Source of the DNA: Ferruginibacter sp.
GTDB lineage: Bacteria; Bacteroidota; Bacteroidia; Chitinophagales; Chitinophagaceae
Assembly (NCBI GenBank): GCA_035485735.1
Contig: DATHNS010000015.1
Span: 38,881 to 102,880, forward strand
Reading direction: 5' to 3'
DNA: 64,000 bases
Part shown: one piece after another, positions 38,428 to 47,230 of the stretch
Position numbering within the stretch: position 1 is the stretch's first letter
How the letters are laid out: every line of letters starts with the position of its first letter
The notes under the pieces: model-generated
The model's database searches: none
What the model was told of the DNA's origin: nothing
The model's input: only the letters and a program-made list of their open reading frames with translations
Position numbers and translations under genes: made by a program

Positions 38428-38532
38428 ATAGCATAGGTATTAATGGTGATGAAATAAAGCAATCTCTATCTACGTAACGAGGTAATTATAAAAATATTAT
38501 AAATTATTACAATATTTTATATACTAGAGCAT

Positions 38533-38563
38533 AAAAAACGCCACACTCTGAAAATGTGGCGTT
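38533..38563 (-). terminator. Terminator of DoxX paralog 2
   Basis: AAAAAACGCCACAC..ATGTGGCGTT, homologous to 37928..37958. Confidence 0.8.
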
Positions 38564-38599
38564 AAGGATGGCATACAGCAAAATTCTTAAAAAAATTAT

Positions 38600-39037
38600 T
38601 TAATACGCGGGATCTTCCGATTTAACATAATTTGAAAGAGATATTGGGCCATCCCCTTCAATTAGAAATACCATTAGTAATAATAGTATTATCAAAGATA
38701 AAACCAACGCATTCTGAAATGCGAAATACCCGCCCGTTGTATTAACAAAAAATATAGCTCCCAATATCAACGGTATTTGAACCAAAGAAGCTACACGGGT
38801 AAATAGTCCGATAACAATTAAAAAGCCCCCGATTATATTTGCCCAGATAATGGTATAATCTACCCACGGCTGGTTTATATTCAACGAACTTGTTACCAGG
38901 TCATGAAAAAGATTTTGGTGGTATAAAAATGAGAGCCCCTTCATTAAAAGGCCAATACCTAATGCCACCCTAAGAAAGGCCAATCCTTTTGGATTGTGCG
39001 CCATACTCCAATTTGAGATTTTGTTAAGTAAAATCAT
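38600..39037 (-). CDS. DoxX-family membrane protein (paralog 2)
   Basis: Same motifs; aligns end to end with 37984..38427. Confidence 0.85.
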   Translation of the reverse strand: MILLNKISNWSMAHNPKGLAFLRVALGIGLLMKGLSFLYHQNLFHDLVTSSLNINQPWVDYTIIWANIIGGFLIVIGLFTRVASLVQIPLILGAIFFVNTTGGYFAFQNALVLSLIILLLLMVFLIEGDGPISLSNYVKSEDPAY

Positions 39038-39151
39038 AGGTTGTAGTTTTAAATGTGATGAAATACTACTGTATATATAACAGCAATTATTGTACCATTT
39101 CCTATTGAATTTTAAACAGTTTTATACTACATCCATTCAATATTATCTACG

Positions 39152-39182
39152 AAAAAACCGCAGCTGTAGACTGCGGTTTTTT
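39152..39182. terminator. Aminotransferase terminator
   Basis: AAAAAACCGCAG-CTGTAGA-CTGCGGTTTTTT. Confidence 0.88.
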
Positions 39183-39201
39183 ACTCATTTATTCAGGTGT
39201 T

Positions 39202-40404
39202 TTACTTCAATTTTGCAAGGGCTGTTTTAATTCTTTCGATAGCTTCTACCAGTTTTTCATCGCTTGCAGCTGTACTTAAACGGATACAGTTTGGCGCACC
39301 AAAAGCATTACCGGTAACCATGGCTACATAGGCTGTTTCCAATAGCCAAAGACATAGTTCATCTGCGTTATGGATGGTTACTTTTCCATCAGATTTGCCA
39401 AAGTAATAGCTAACGTCAGGAAAAGCATAAAAAGCCCCATCCGGTACGCGGACTTTAAAGCCTGGCACTTCCTTTAATTTACTAATTACCAGGTCCCTGC
39501 GGCGCCTGTAAGCTTCCAACATCATTTTAGGAGCTTCCATATTAGTGAATGCAACTGCCGCAGCTTTTTGCGCAATGCTATTGGTTCCGCTGGTAACTTG
39601 TCCTTGTAATTTATCCAGTGCATCTACGATCCATTTAGCAGCAGCCGTCCAGCCTACTCTCCATCCTGTCATTGCAAATCCTTTACTGAAACCATTTACA
39701 GTAATTACCCTGTCTTTAATTTCAGGAATGCTTCCCATGCTAAAATTGCCTTCTGCAGTAAAGTTGATGTATTCATATATCTCATCAGCCAGTACAAAAA
39801 TATTGGGATGTTTGGCAACGATCGCTGCAAAAGCCCTCAATTCTTTTTCACTGTAAACAGACCCGGTCGGGTTGTTTGGCGATGCATACATAATGATCTT
39901 TGTTTTTGGCGTAATCGCCGCTTCCAGTTGAGCAGGTGTCACTTTAAAATCATTTTCAAAACTGCCTTCTACAATTACACTTTTACCTTCGGCGATCTTT
40001 ACCATTTCAGCATAACTCACCCAATATGGCGCAAGGATGATGACCTCTTGTCCAGGATTGATCAATGTTTCGATCACATTGGCCAAAGAATGTTTGGCAC
40101 CTGTTGATACAATAATATTTTCAGCCTTCCAATCAAGGTTATTTTCTTTTTTCAACTTTTCGGCAATAGCTGTACGCAATTCAGGAATACCTGATACTGG
40201 TGTGTATGCATGAAACCCGTCATCGACGGCTTTTTTTGCCGCATCACAAATGTGCTTGGGGGTTTTAAAATCAGGTTCTCCTACACTTAAATTAATTACA
40301 TCGTGGCCCTGAGCTGCTATTTCACGGCTCTTTTTGCTCATGGCAAGGGTGGCACTTTCTTCCAGTGCGTTTATTCTGTCGGCTAATAGAGGATTGTAAG
40401 ACAC
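39202..40404 (-). CDS. PLP-dependent class I aminotransferase (aspartate aminotransferase-like)
   Basis: LSVGEPDF, GAKHSL, SPNNPTG, DEIYE, NGFSKGFAMTGWRVG; GTG start. Confidence 0.93.
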   Translation of the reverse strand: MSYNPLLADRINALEESATLAMSKKSREIAAQGHDVINLSVGEPDFKTPKHICDAAKKAVDDGFHAYTPVSGIPELRTAIAEKLKKENNLDWKAENIIVSTGAKHSLANVIETLINPGQEVIILAPYWVSYAEMVKIAEGKSVIVEGSFENDFKVTPAQLEAAITPKTKIIMYASPNNPTGSVYSEKELRAFAAIVAKHPNIFVLADEIYEYINFTAEGNFSMGSIPEIKDRVITVNGFSKGFAMTGWRVGWTAAAKWIVDALDKLQGQVTSGTNSIAQKAAAVAFTNMEAPKMMLEAYRRRRDLVISKLKEVPGFKVRVPDGAFYAFPDVSYYFGKSDGKVTIHNADELCLWLLETAYVAMVTGNAFGAPNCIRLSTAASDEKLVEAIERIKTALAKLK

Positions 40405-40439
40405 TTATTTGTTTTTTTGTAAAAAATGTTTTTAGCGTG

Positions 40440-40447
40440 CAAATTTA
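40440..40447 (-). promoter_or_regulatory. -7 element for the aminotransferase
   Basis: TAAATTTG. Confidence 0.65.
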
Positions 40448-40602
40448 GGAATTAATATTTTCTGAATTGGGATTTTGATTTGGAGATTTGGTGATTTGTT
40501 AATCCGTAGATGTTTAAAGCAAATAAATGATGAAACGCCCCCGAAAGTTTTCGGGGAATGAAGCCAAATAGATGTACTAAGGCCGGACTCTTAATTTACC
40601 TA

Positions 40603-40710
40603 AATGTTCAATTCTCAATGCTCAATTCTCAATGTTCAACCGATTTTACATCAAAACCCTTTACTGTATTGGATTGGATATCGAGCATTGAGAATTGAAC
40701 ATTGAGCATT
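40603..40710. repeat. Heptamer-arm palindrome (TTGARHA family), copy 2
   Basis: AATGTTC AATTCTC AATGCTC AATTCTC AATGTTC ... TCGAGCA TTGAGAA TTGAACA TTGAGCA. Confidence 0.9.
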
Positions 40711-40762
40711 TTATTAAAGAAATTCGATTTTCAGGAACTTTACACTAAAATGCTTTTTCCCC

Positions 40763-40770
40763 TATCTTTG
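40763..40770 (+). promoter_or_regulatory. -7 element for secDF
   Basis: TATCTTTG followed by CAGCCC. Confidence 0.7.
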
Positions 40771-40814
40771 CAGCCCTTGAAAAATAACATAATACCTACT
40801 AAAAGAATATATAT

Positions 40815-43790
40815 ATGAAACTGAAAGGTTTGGTTTGGTTTTTCGCGATTGCACTTACTCTTATTTCTGTTTGGGAATTGTCGTACACCTGGGTGGTACG
40901 CAGTTACGAAAGCAAAGTAAAAATACAGGCAGAAAAAATGGTTAGGTCTCAGTATCCGCAAGCGACCGGAGAAGATAAAGACGCATTAGTAAAAACCAGG
41001 ATGCAACACATTTTAGATAGTACAAGAGATAAAGAAATTTATCCGGTAATTGGTACTTCTTACCAAAAGTGTAAAGAGAATGAGCTTAACCTCGGGTTGG
41101 ATCTGCAAGGCGGTATTAATGTTACAATGGATGTTAGTTTGGAAGGACTGATAAAATCTTTAAGCAATAATCCAAGAGACCCTGCTTTATTAAGAGCTAT
41201 TCAGGAAGCTACTGCAGAAAAAGCGGGTAGTGATGTTGATTATATTACATTGTTCCATAACGCCTATGCAAAAGAAAATCCAGGAATAAACCTGGCTCCT
41301 CTATTTGCCGGTCCGGGTAAAGATGTTAAGATTGGTGATAATGATGACCAGGTAATTGATAAGATCCGTGCCGCATCAAAAATTGCTATAGATCAGACTT
41401 ACAAAATATTATTAAAACGTATCGATAAGTTCGGGGTAGCTCAACCTAATATCAATAAGGATGACAATAAAGGCATTATCAATATTGAATTAGCAGGTGT
41501 TACCGATAAAGAAAGAGTTAGAAGAAATTTACAATCAGCCGCCAACCTCCAGTTTTGGGAAGTGTATAATGTAGATCAGCTAAATACTTCTCTTCAGAAT
41601 GCGGATAAAAGCTTATCGGCTTACCTGAGCGGTGTTACACAGGATACAGCAAAAAAAGGTATCGCAGATTCTCTTAAAGAACAGGCTTATAAAAACGCCC
41701 TGTTAAAAATACTTAACGTAAATCCTCCACAACAAGATCCTCAGACAGGTAGACCGGTTTATTCTCCTGCTATCGGTAGTATTGCATTAAAAGATACCGG
41801 CACATATAACTATTACATGAGCCTGGATGCTGTTAAAAACAACTTTCCTGGTAACTGTAAATTTTTATTGGGTGTAGAAGAAAAGGTTGAAAAAACAGGT
41901 CAGCGTTATTATCCTCTATATGCGATCAGAACTATACCAGGAAGCGATAAAGCAAAACTGGAAGGTGATGGTGTAGAAGACGCAACACAAGGAAACGATG
42001 ATAAGGGCAACCCTTCCATCGAAATGGAAATGACCAATGCAGGTGCTAAGACCTGGGCTAAAATGACAGCTGATAATAAGGGAAGAGCCATTGCTGTAGT
42101 GTTGGATGATATTGTTTATTCAGCTCCAAATGTTAATGATGAAATTGATGGTGGCCGTTCAGAAATAACAGGAAATTTCACCATTGAACAAGCACAGGAT
42201 CTTGCCAATACTTTAAAGTCCGGTAAACTGGATGCACCTGCTAAAATTGTTGCAGAACAAGTTATCGGGCCAACACTTGGTAAAGAATCTGTCAAGGGTG
42301 GTGCCAAAGCATTTCTGATCGCGTTTCTTGTGATCTTTGCACTAATGCTTTTGTATTACAATACAGGCGGCTGGGTAGCAAACATTTCATTAATATTAAA
42401 CATTTTATTTACAGTAGGTGTACTAACCGCGTTGGGCTTTACGCTGACAGCGGCTGGTATAGCAGGTTTGGTATTAACCATCGGTATGGCCGTAGATACC
42501 AACGTAATTATTTTTGAAAGAATAAAAGAAGAACTTACCAAAGGTAAAAATTATCCTCAGGCTGTTAATGATGGTTACAAACGTTCATTGGCACCGGTTA
42601 TTGATGCGCACGTTACAACATTCTTAACTGCCGCCATGTTGTTCATATTTGGACTAGGCCCGGTATTAGGATTTGCCACCACACAGATGCTTGGTATCAC
42701 TTTATCTTTATTCTGCGGAATTTTAGTATCAAGATTGATCACTGATTTCTGGACCAATAAAAACCGTCACTTTAATTATTTTACCGGTGTATCTAAAAAG
42801 ATCTTTAAGCACGCAAGCTTCAAATTTATTGAATATAGAAAAGTAGCTTATGGTATCTCGGTGATCGTATTAGGATTAGGGATCGCTTCTTACTTTAATG
42901 GTTTTCACCAGGGAGTAGAATTTAAGGGTGGCCGTAGTTATACAGTTCAATTCGCGGCACCGGTAAACAATGATGATATTCGAGATGACCTGAAAAATTC
43001 ACTGGGTGGAGATTATCCTGTAATTAAGACAGTAGGTGACAGTAAACATTTGAATATCACCACATCATTCATGATCGGGGATAACGCAGAAAGCAGTAAC
43101 ACCGATAGCATTGTACAAACAAGATTATTCCTAGGATTAAGCAAAGCTTTACCTGGCGTTAGTTATACCGATTTTGCCAAAAATAATATCCAAAGCTCAC
43201 AAACGGTACAACCAACGATTTCAAAGGATCTGAAAAATGGCGCCATCAAGGCTACCATCTTTGCTATCCTGATAATTTTCGTGTACATCTTTATTCGCTT
43301 CCGCGACTGGAGATATTCGCTGGGTACTATCGTTGCATTACTGCATGATGTATTAGTAACACTGGCTGTATTTTCCTTCTTCAAAAATATTGTTCCTTTC
43401 CCGCTGGAAATCGATCAGCATTTTATCGCTGCGATATTAACGGTAATAGGTTTCAGTATGAATGATACTGTAATTGTATTTGACCGTATCCGCGAATACA
43501 GTAAAGGTTCCAAAGCAAGCGATAAAGGCAGTATCATTAACCGCGCGATCAATGATACATTAAGTCGCACGATCATGACGTCTTTAACAGTGTTCTTAAC
43601 TTTATTGATCCTGTTTATATATGGTGGTGAAGTAACAAGAGGTTTTGCCTTTGCTATGTTAATAGGTGTTGTAACAGGAACGTACTCTTCTATTTTTGTA
43701 GCAGCGCCAATATTGGTAGACTTTGCAAAAGACAAACCATTAGGTGAAGCAGAGATATTAAGTTCAGATAAAAAAACAGCCGATCACTAA
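40815..43790 (+). CDS. secDF: Fused protein translocase subunit SecDF
   Basis: LGLDLQGG, AVVLDDIVYSAP, IGPTLG, GMAVDTNVIIFERI, GVEFKGG, GFSMNDTVIVFDRIRE, TLSRT. Confidence 0.98.
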   Translation: MKLKGLVWFFAIALTLISVWELSYTWVVRSYESKVKIQAEKMVRSQYPQATGEDKDALVKTRMQHILDSTRDKEIYPVIGTSYQKCKENELNLGLDLQGGINVTMDVSLEGLIKSLSNNPRDPALLRAIQEATAEKAGSDVDYITLFHNAYAKENPGINLAPLFAGPGKDVKIGDNDDQVIDKIRAASKIAIDQTYKILLKRIDKFGVAQPNINKDDNKGIINIELAGVTDKERVRRNLQSAANLQFWEVYNVDQLNTSLQNADKSLSAYLSGVTQDTAKKGIADSLKEQAYKNALLKILNVNPPQQDPQTGRPVYSPAIGSIALKDTGTYNYYMSLDAVKNNFPGNCKFLLGVEEKVEKTGQRYYPLYAIRTIPGSDKAKLEGDGVEDATQGNDDKGNPSIEMEMTNAGAKTWAKMTADNKGRAIAVVLDDIVYSAPNVNDEIDGGRSEITGNFTIEQAQDLANTLKSGKLDAPAKIVAEQVIGPTLGKESVKGGAKAFLIAFLVIFALMLLYYNTGGWVANISLILNILFTVGVLTALGFTLTAAGIAGLVLTIGMAVDTNVIIFERIKEELTKGKNYPQAVNDGYKRSLAPVIDAHVTTFLTAAMLFIFGLGPVLGFATTQMLGITLSLFCGILVSRLITDFWTNKNRHFNYFTGVSKKIFKHASFKFIEYRKVAYGISVIVLGLGIASYFNGFHQGVEFKGGRSYTVQFAAPVNNDDIRDDLKNSLGGDYPVIKTVGDSKHLNITTSFMIGDNAESSNTDSIVQTRLFLGLSKALPGVSYTDFAKNNIQSSQTVQPTISKDLKNGAIKATIFAILIIFVYIFIRFRDWRYSLGTIVALLHDVLVTLAVFSFFKNIVPFPLEIDQHFIAAILTVIGFSMNDTVIVFDRIREYSKGSKASDKGSIINRAINDTLSRTIMTSLTVFLTLLILFIYGGEVTRGFAFAMLIGVVTGTYSSIFVAAPILVDFAKDKPLGEAEILSSDKKTADH

Positions 43791-43813
43791 AATACTAAGC
43801 TATATTGAAAAAG

Positions 43814-43845
43814 AAAAGCCCCGATCTATTAAGACGGGGCTTTTT
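43814..43845. terminator. secDF/iscA bidirectional terminator
   Basis: AAAAGCCCCG...CGGGGCTTTTT. Confidence 0.85.
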
Positions 43846-43889
43846 AATTAACCAAAAACTAAATCGATAGAAAAATAATATAGATCATT

Positions 43890-44234
43890 TTACACAGCGA
43901 AGCTGGTTCCGCAACCGCAAGTCTTGCTGGCATTAGGATTATTGAAAGTAAATCCTCTTGAGTTTAAACCACCCTGCCAATCCACTTCCATTCCCATTAA
44001 ATAAATCCCGTGCGATCTTTCCATAATACAAGGCACGCCTTCTATTACAAAAACATCGTCTTTATCCGTTTTCGCATCAAAGCCCAAAACATATGTCATG
44101 CCGCTACAGCCACCACCCTTCACACCTACTCTTAATAAGTTTGTTTTATCAAAGCCTTCTTCGCCCATCAGCCTGTTTATTTCCGCCACGGCACTTGGTG
44201 TAAAACTTACCGGTGTTTTTACTATAGTTTCCAT
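43890..44234 (-). CDS. iscA: HesB/IscA Fe-S cluster assembly accessory protein
   Basis: LRVGVKGGGCSGM, FNNPNASKTCGCGTSF. Confidence 0.93.
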   Translation of the reverse strand: METIVKTPVSFTPSAVAEINRLMGEEGFDKTNLLRVGVKGGGCSGMTYVLGFDAKTDKDDVFVIEGVPCIMERSHGIYLMGMEVDWQGGLNSRGFTFNNPNASKTCGCGTSFAV

Positions 44235-44251
44235 AATTTATCATTTGATAA

Positions 44252-44335
44252 CAAAGGTACAAATATTAAAAATTCTATAATTACCCACTCTTTTCGAAAG
44301 CAGGAAATAATTGGTTAAAGATTGCTGTATTTTTG
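44252..44335. promoter_or_regulatory. Divergent -7 elements for iscA (-) and the 44353 gene (+)
   Basis: TACCTTTG on - at 44252..44259; TATTTTTG on + at 44328..44335. Confidence 0.65.
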
Positions 44336-44352
44336 CCACACAAACATACATC

Positions 44353-44874
44353 ATGAATTTACTGCTAATTACTTATGAAGATCTTGCTGTTCCCGTAACC
44401 ATTCTTTTATTAGGCGCCATTGCCTGGTTATTATTCGAATTCAAAGGCATGAAAACCGAATTCAAAGAACGCCTGGGCATCAATAATGAAACAATAAAAT
44501 TACGTTTACAAGCCTATGAGCGACTTACATTATTTGCAGAAAGGGCTTCATTCAAAAACCTTGTCAGCCGTACGCCATACAGTGATATGAGTGTACTGGA
44601 ATTACAATTGACATTGATACAAACACTACGTACTGAATATGAATATAATAGTAGCCAGCAAATATATGTGAGCCCTGATATGTGGAGAGCCATCGGTAAT
44701 TTACGTGATCAGAATATCTACATCATTAATCAAATTGCGGCCACATTGCCCTCTCAGGAGTCGGGAATAGAATTGAGTAAACGCTTGCTGGAATATACTT
44801 CCATTAACCCTAAAGCCGAATTGAGCACTATTGTTCTTGATGCTTTACAGTTTGAGGCTAAAAAAATATTGTAA
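44353..44874 (+). CDS. Conserved hypothetical protein with N-terminal TM helix
   Basis: LRLQAYERLTLFAER, EYEYN.SQQIYVS motifs typical of a Bacteroidota family; start moved to 44353. Confidence 0.75.
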   Translation: MNLLLITYEDLAVPVTILLLGAIAWLLFEFKGMKTEFKERLGINNETIKLRLQAYERLTLFAERASFKNLVSRTPYSDMSVLELQLTLIQTLRTEYEYNSSQQIYVSPDMWRAIGNLRDQNIYIINQIAATLPSQESGIELSKRLLEYTSINPKAELSTIVLDALQFEAKKIL

Positions 44875-44952
44875 TTATCGCGACCAACGTATTCATAAAA
44901 AAAGCTGCTAAAAGAACTAGCTGCTTTTTTTATTACGATGAGTAAAATAAAT

Positions 44953-45474
44953 TTACTGGCTAATATAAAATTTTCCGTTAGAAACTACTTTTGATGCAAG
45001 TGTTGAATCTGATTGCAGATAGATATTTCCCTGAAATGTACCCTGTACTGTTGAATCTGAAACGGCAGTAACAGTAATAACAAAAGAATGTGCAGAATCT
45101 GCATTGGGTAAACTCTGGAATTGCTGTAAACTCATGGCAGGTTGAAAAATCATATACGTATCACTATTATCATTGGGTATCCCGTAAGTTTGGGGTTCAA
45201 TATTGTAGCCCACCTTCGATATAAAATTTAATTCGATATAACTTGAATCTGAAACAAATACAGATTCGGCAGAGAACGTAGTCGTATTTTGTAAGCCAAT
45301 AAAAAAGGTAGAAGCATTGATCACATTGAATGCATAATGAGTCCCATCAATATCTGCTGTTATAGAATCTGATACATTATTCATGATTACCTGCTTATTA
45401 GGTTTCACCGAATTTGTCTTTTTACAAGAGAATAAAACTAACCCCAATACCGGGAGAAGAAGAAACTTTTTCAT
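44953..45474 (-). CDS. Hypothetical lipoprotein
   Basis: MKKFLLLPVLGLVLFSC lipobox; ITADIDG, GTFQG, VVSNGKF. Confidence 0.75.
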   Translation of the reverse strand: MKKFLLLPVLGLVLFSCKKTNSVKPNKQVIMNNVSDSITADIDGTHYAFNVINASTFFIGLQNTTTFSAESVFVSDSSYIELNFISKVGYNIEPQTYGIPNDNSDTYMIFQPAMSLQQFQSLPNADSAHSFVITVTAVSDSTVQGTFQGNIYLQSDSTLASKVVSNGKFYISQ

Positions 45475-45615
45475 ATTCAAATCTAACAATAAAGAATCAA
45501 AATTCAGAAAAAGACAGTAGACATTAACGAAACAGCCGAATAATATATTTTCTTAGCCTAACTTTATCAAATGTGGTCCGAATCATGATCAGTTCAGGCA
45601 ACATACCCACTTGAC

Positions 45616-47166
45616 ATGAAAAAAATATTTACAGATTCGGGAATAGAAATAAAGCCGCTTTACACAGAAACGGTTTCCCAAAATGAATTGCCCGGTGAAT
45701 ATCCTTTTACCAGGGGCATACAAACGGATATGTACCGCGGTAAACTTTGGACCATGCGACAATACGCGGGTTTTAGCACAGCAGAAGAAAGCAATAAACG
45801 ATATCATTATTTATTAGCACAAGGTGTAAACGGATTAAGCGTAGCATTCGATCTTCCTACACAAATTGGTTACGACAGTGATCATGAATTAGCAGAAGGT
45901 GAAGTAGGCAAAGTGGGTGTCGCTATTGATTCATTAGAAGATATGGAAAGATTATTTGCAGGAATTACCCTGCAGGATATTTCAATATCTATGACCATCA
46001 ATGCAACAGGATATATTTTATTGGCATTGTATGTAGCATTGGCAAAAAAGCAAGGTGCAGACCTTACTAAAATTGCAGGCACCATACAAAATGACATCTT
46101 AAAGGAATACGAAGCAAGAGGTACCTATATTTATCCGCCTCACGCTTCTATGCGTATCATCACCGATATTTTTGAGTGGTGCAGCAAGGAGTTGCCAAAA
46201 TGGAACACCATTTCTATCTCCGGTTATCATATTCGCGAAGCGGGAAGTACAGCGGTTCAAGAAATTGCTTTTACGCTGAGTAACGGTAAGGCCTATGTGA
46301 AAGCTGCTTTAGATAAAGGGCTTGATATTAATACATTCGGGCAACGGCTTTCATTTTTCTTCAATGCACAAAATAATTTATTTGAAGAGATAGCCAAATT
46401 CAGGGCCGCCAGGAGAATGTGGGCAAAAATAATGAAGGAACTCGGCGCAACAGACCCTAAAGCAATGATGCTTCGCTTTCATACGCAAACAGGAGGTGTA
46501 ACATTAACAGCACAACAACCATTAAATAATATAGCAAGAGTTACGATACAAACATTGGCTGCCGTATTAGGTGGAACACAAAGCTTACACACCGATGGTT
46601 ATGATGAAGCGTTAAGTCTGCCCAGTGAAGAAGCTGCTACAACAGCATTACGCATTCAACAAATAGTAGCTTTTGAAAGTGGTACTCCTGACACGGTAGA
46701 CCCATTGGCCGGAAGTTATTTTATAGAAACACTTACCAATGAAGTAGAAGCTGCTGCGTGGAAAATAATAGAAAAAGTAGATGCTTTAGGCGGCAGTGTA
46801 AAGGCTATTGAAAAAGGTTTCATCCAGAATGAAATTAGCAATAGCGCTTACCTCTATCAGCAGCAGGTCGAAAATTCCGAAAAAATAATTGTTGGCGTAA
46901 ACAAATTTCATGTTGATGAAAAAAATAATATTCCGGAATTTAAAATAGATGATAATATCAGGCAGATGCAAATAGATAAATTAAAAACCCTAAAAGCAAA
47001 AAGGGATAATAATAAAGTAGCAAACTGTTTGCAACAATTAAATAATGCAGTCGTCAATAATATAAATATTATACCGTTGGTAATTACGGCAGTCGAAAAC
47101 CAATGTACACTGGGTGAAATAGCCGACGAATTAAGAAAAGTATTTGGCGAGTATAAAAATGTATGA
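45616..47166 (+). CDS. Methylmalonyl-CoA mutase, N-terminal (substrate-binding) subunit
   Basis: [50 protein letters not shown]; no DxHxxG B12-binding domain. Confidence 0.92.
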   Translation: MKKIFTDSGIEIKPLYTETVSQNELPGEYPFTRGIQTDMYRGKLWTMRQYAGFSTAEESNKRYHYLLAQGVNGLSVAFDLPTQIGYDSDHELAEGEVGKVGVAIDSLEDMERLFAGITLQDISISMTINATGYILLALYVALAKKQGADLTKIAGTIQNDILKEYEARGTYIYPPHASMRIITDIFEWCSKELPKWNTISISGYHIREAGSTAVQEIAFTLSNGKAYVKAALDKGLDINTFGQRLSFFFNAQNNLFEEIAKFRAARRMWAKIMKELGATDPKAMMLRFHTQTGGVTLTAQQPLNNIARVTIQTLAAVLGGTQSLHTDGYDEALSLPSEEAATTALRIQQIVAFESGTPDTVDPLAGSYFIETLTNEVEAAAWKIIEKVDALGGSVKAIEKGFIQNEISNSAYLYQQQVENSEKIIVGVNKFHVDEKNNIPEFKIDDNIRQMQIDKLKTLKAKRDNNKVANCLQQLNNAVVNNINIIPLVITAVENQCTLGEIADELRKVFGEYKNV

Positions 47167-47230
47167 TGCTAGAACATATCAAAACGTTTACCGTTTATCA
47201 ATTATTCAGTAATTAATTATCTTTAAGTAT

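Noticed and set aside
45490-45615. Cobalamin riboswitch before the mutase
   Set aside because: Region is short and lacks the GGGAA and GCCACTG B12-box elements.
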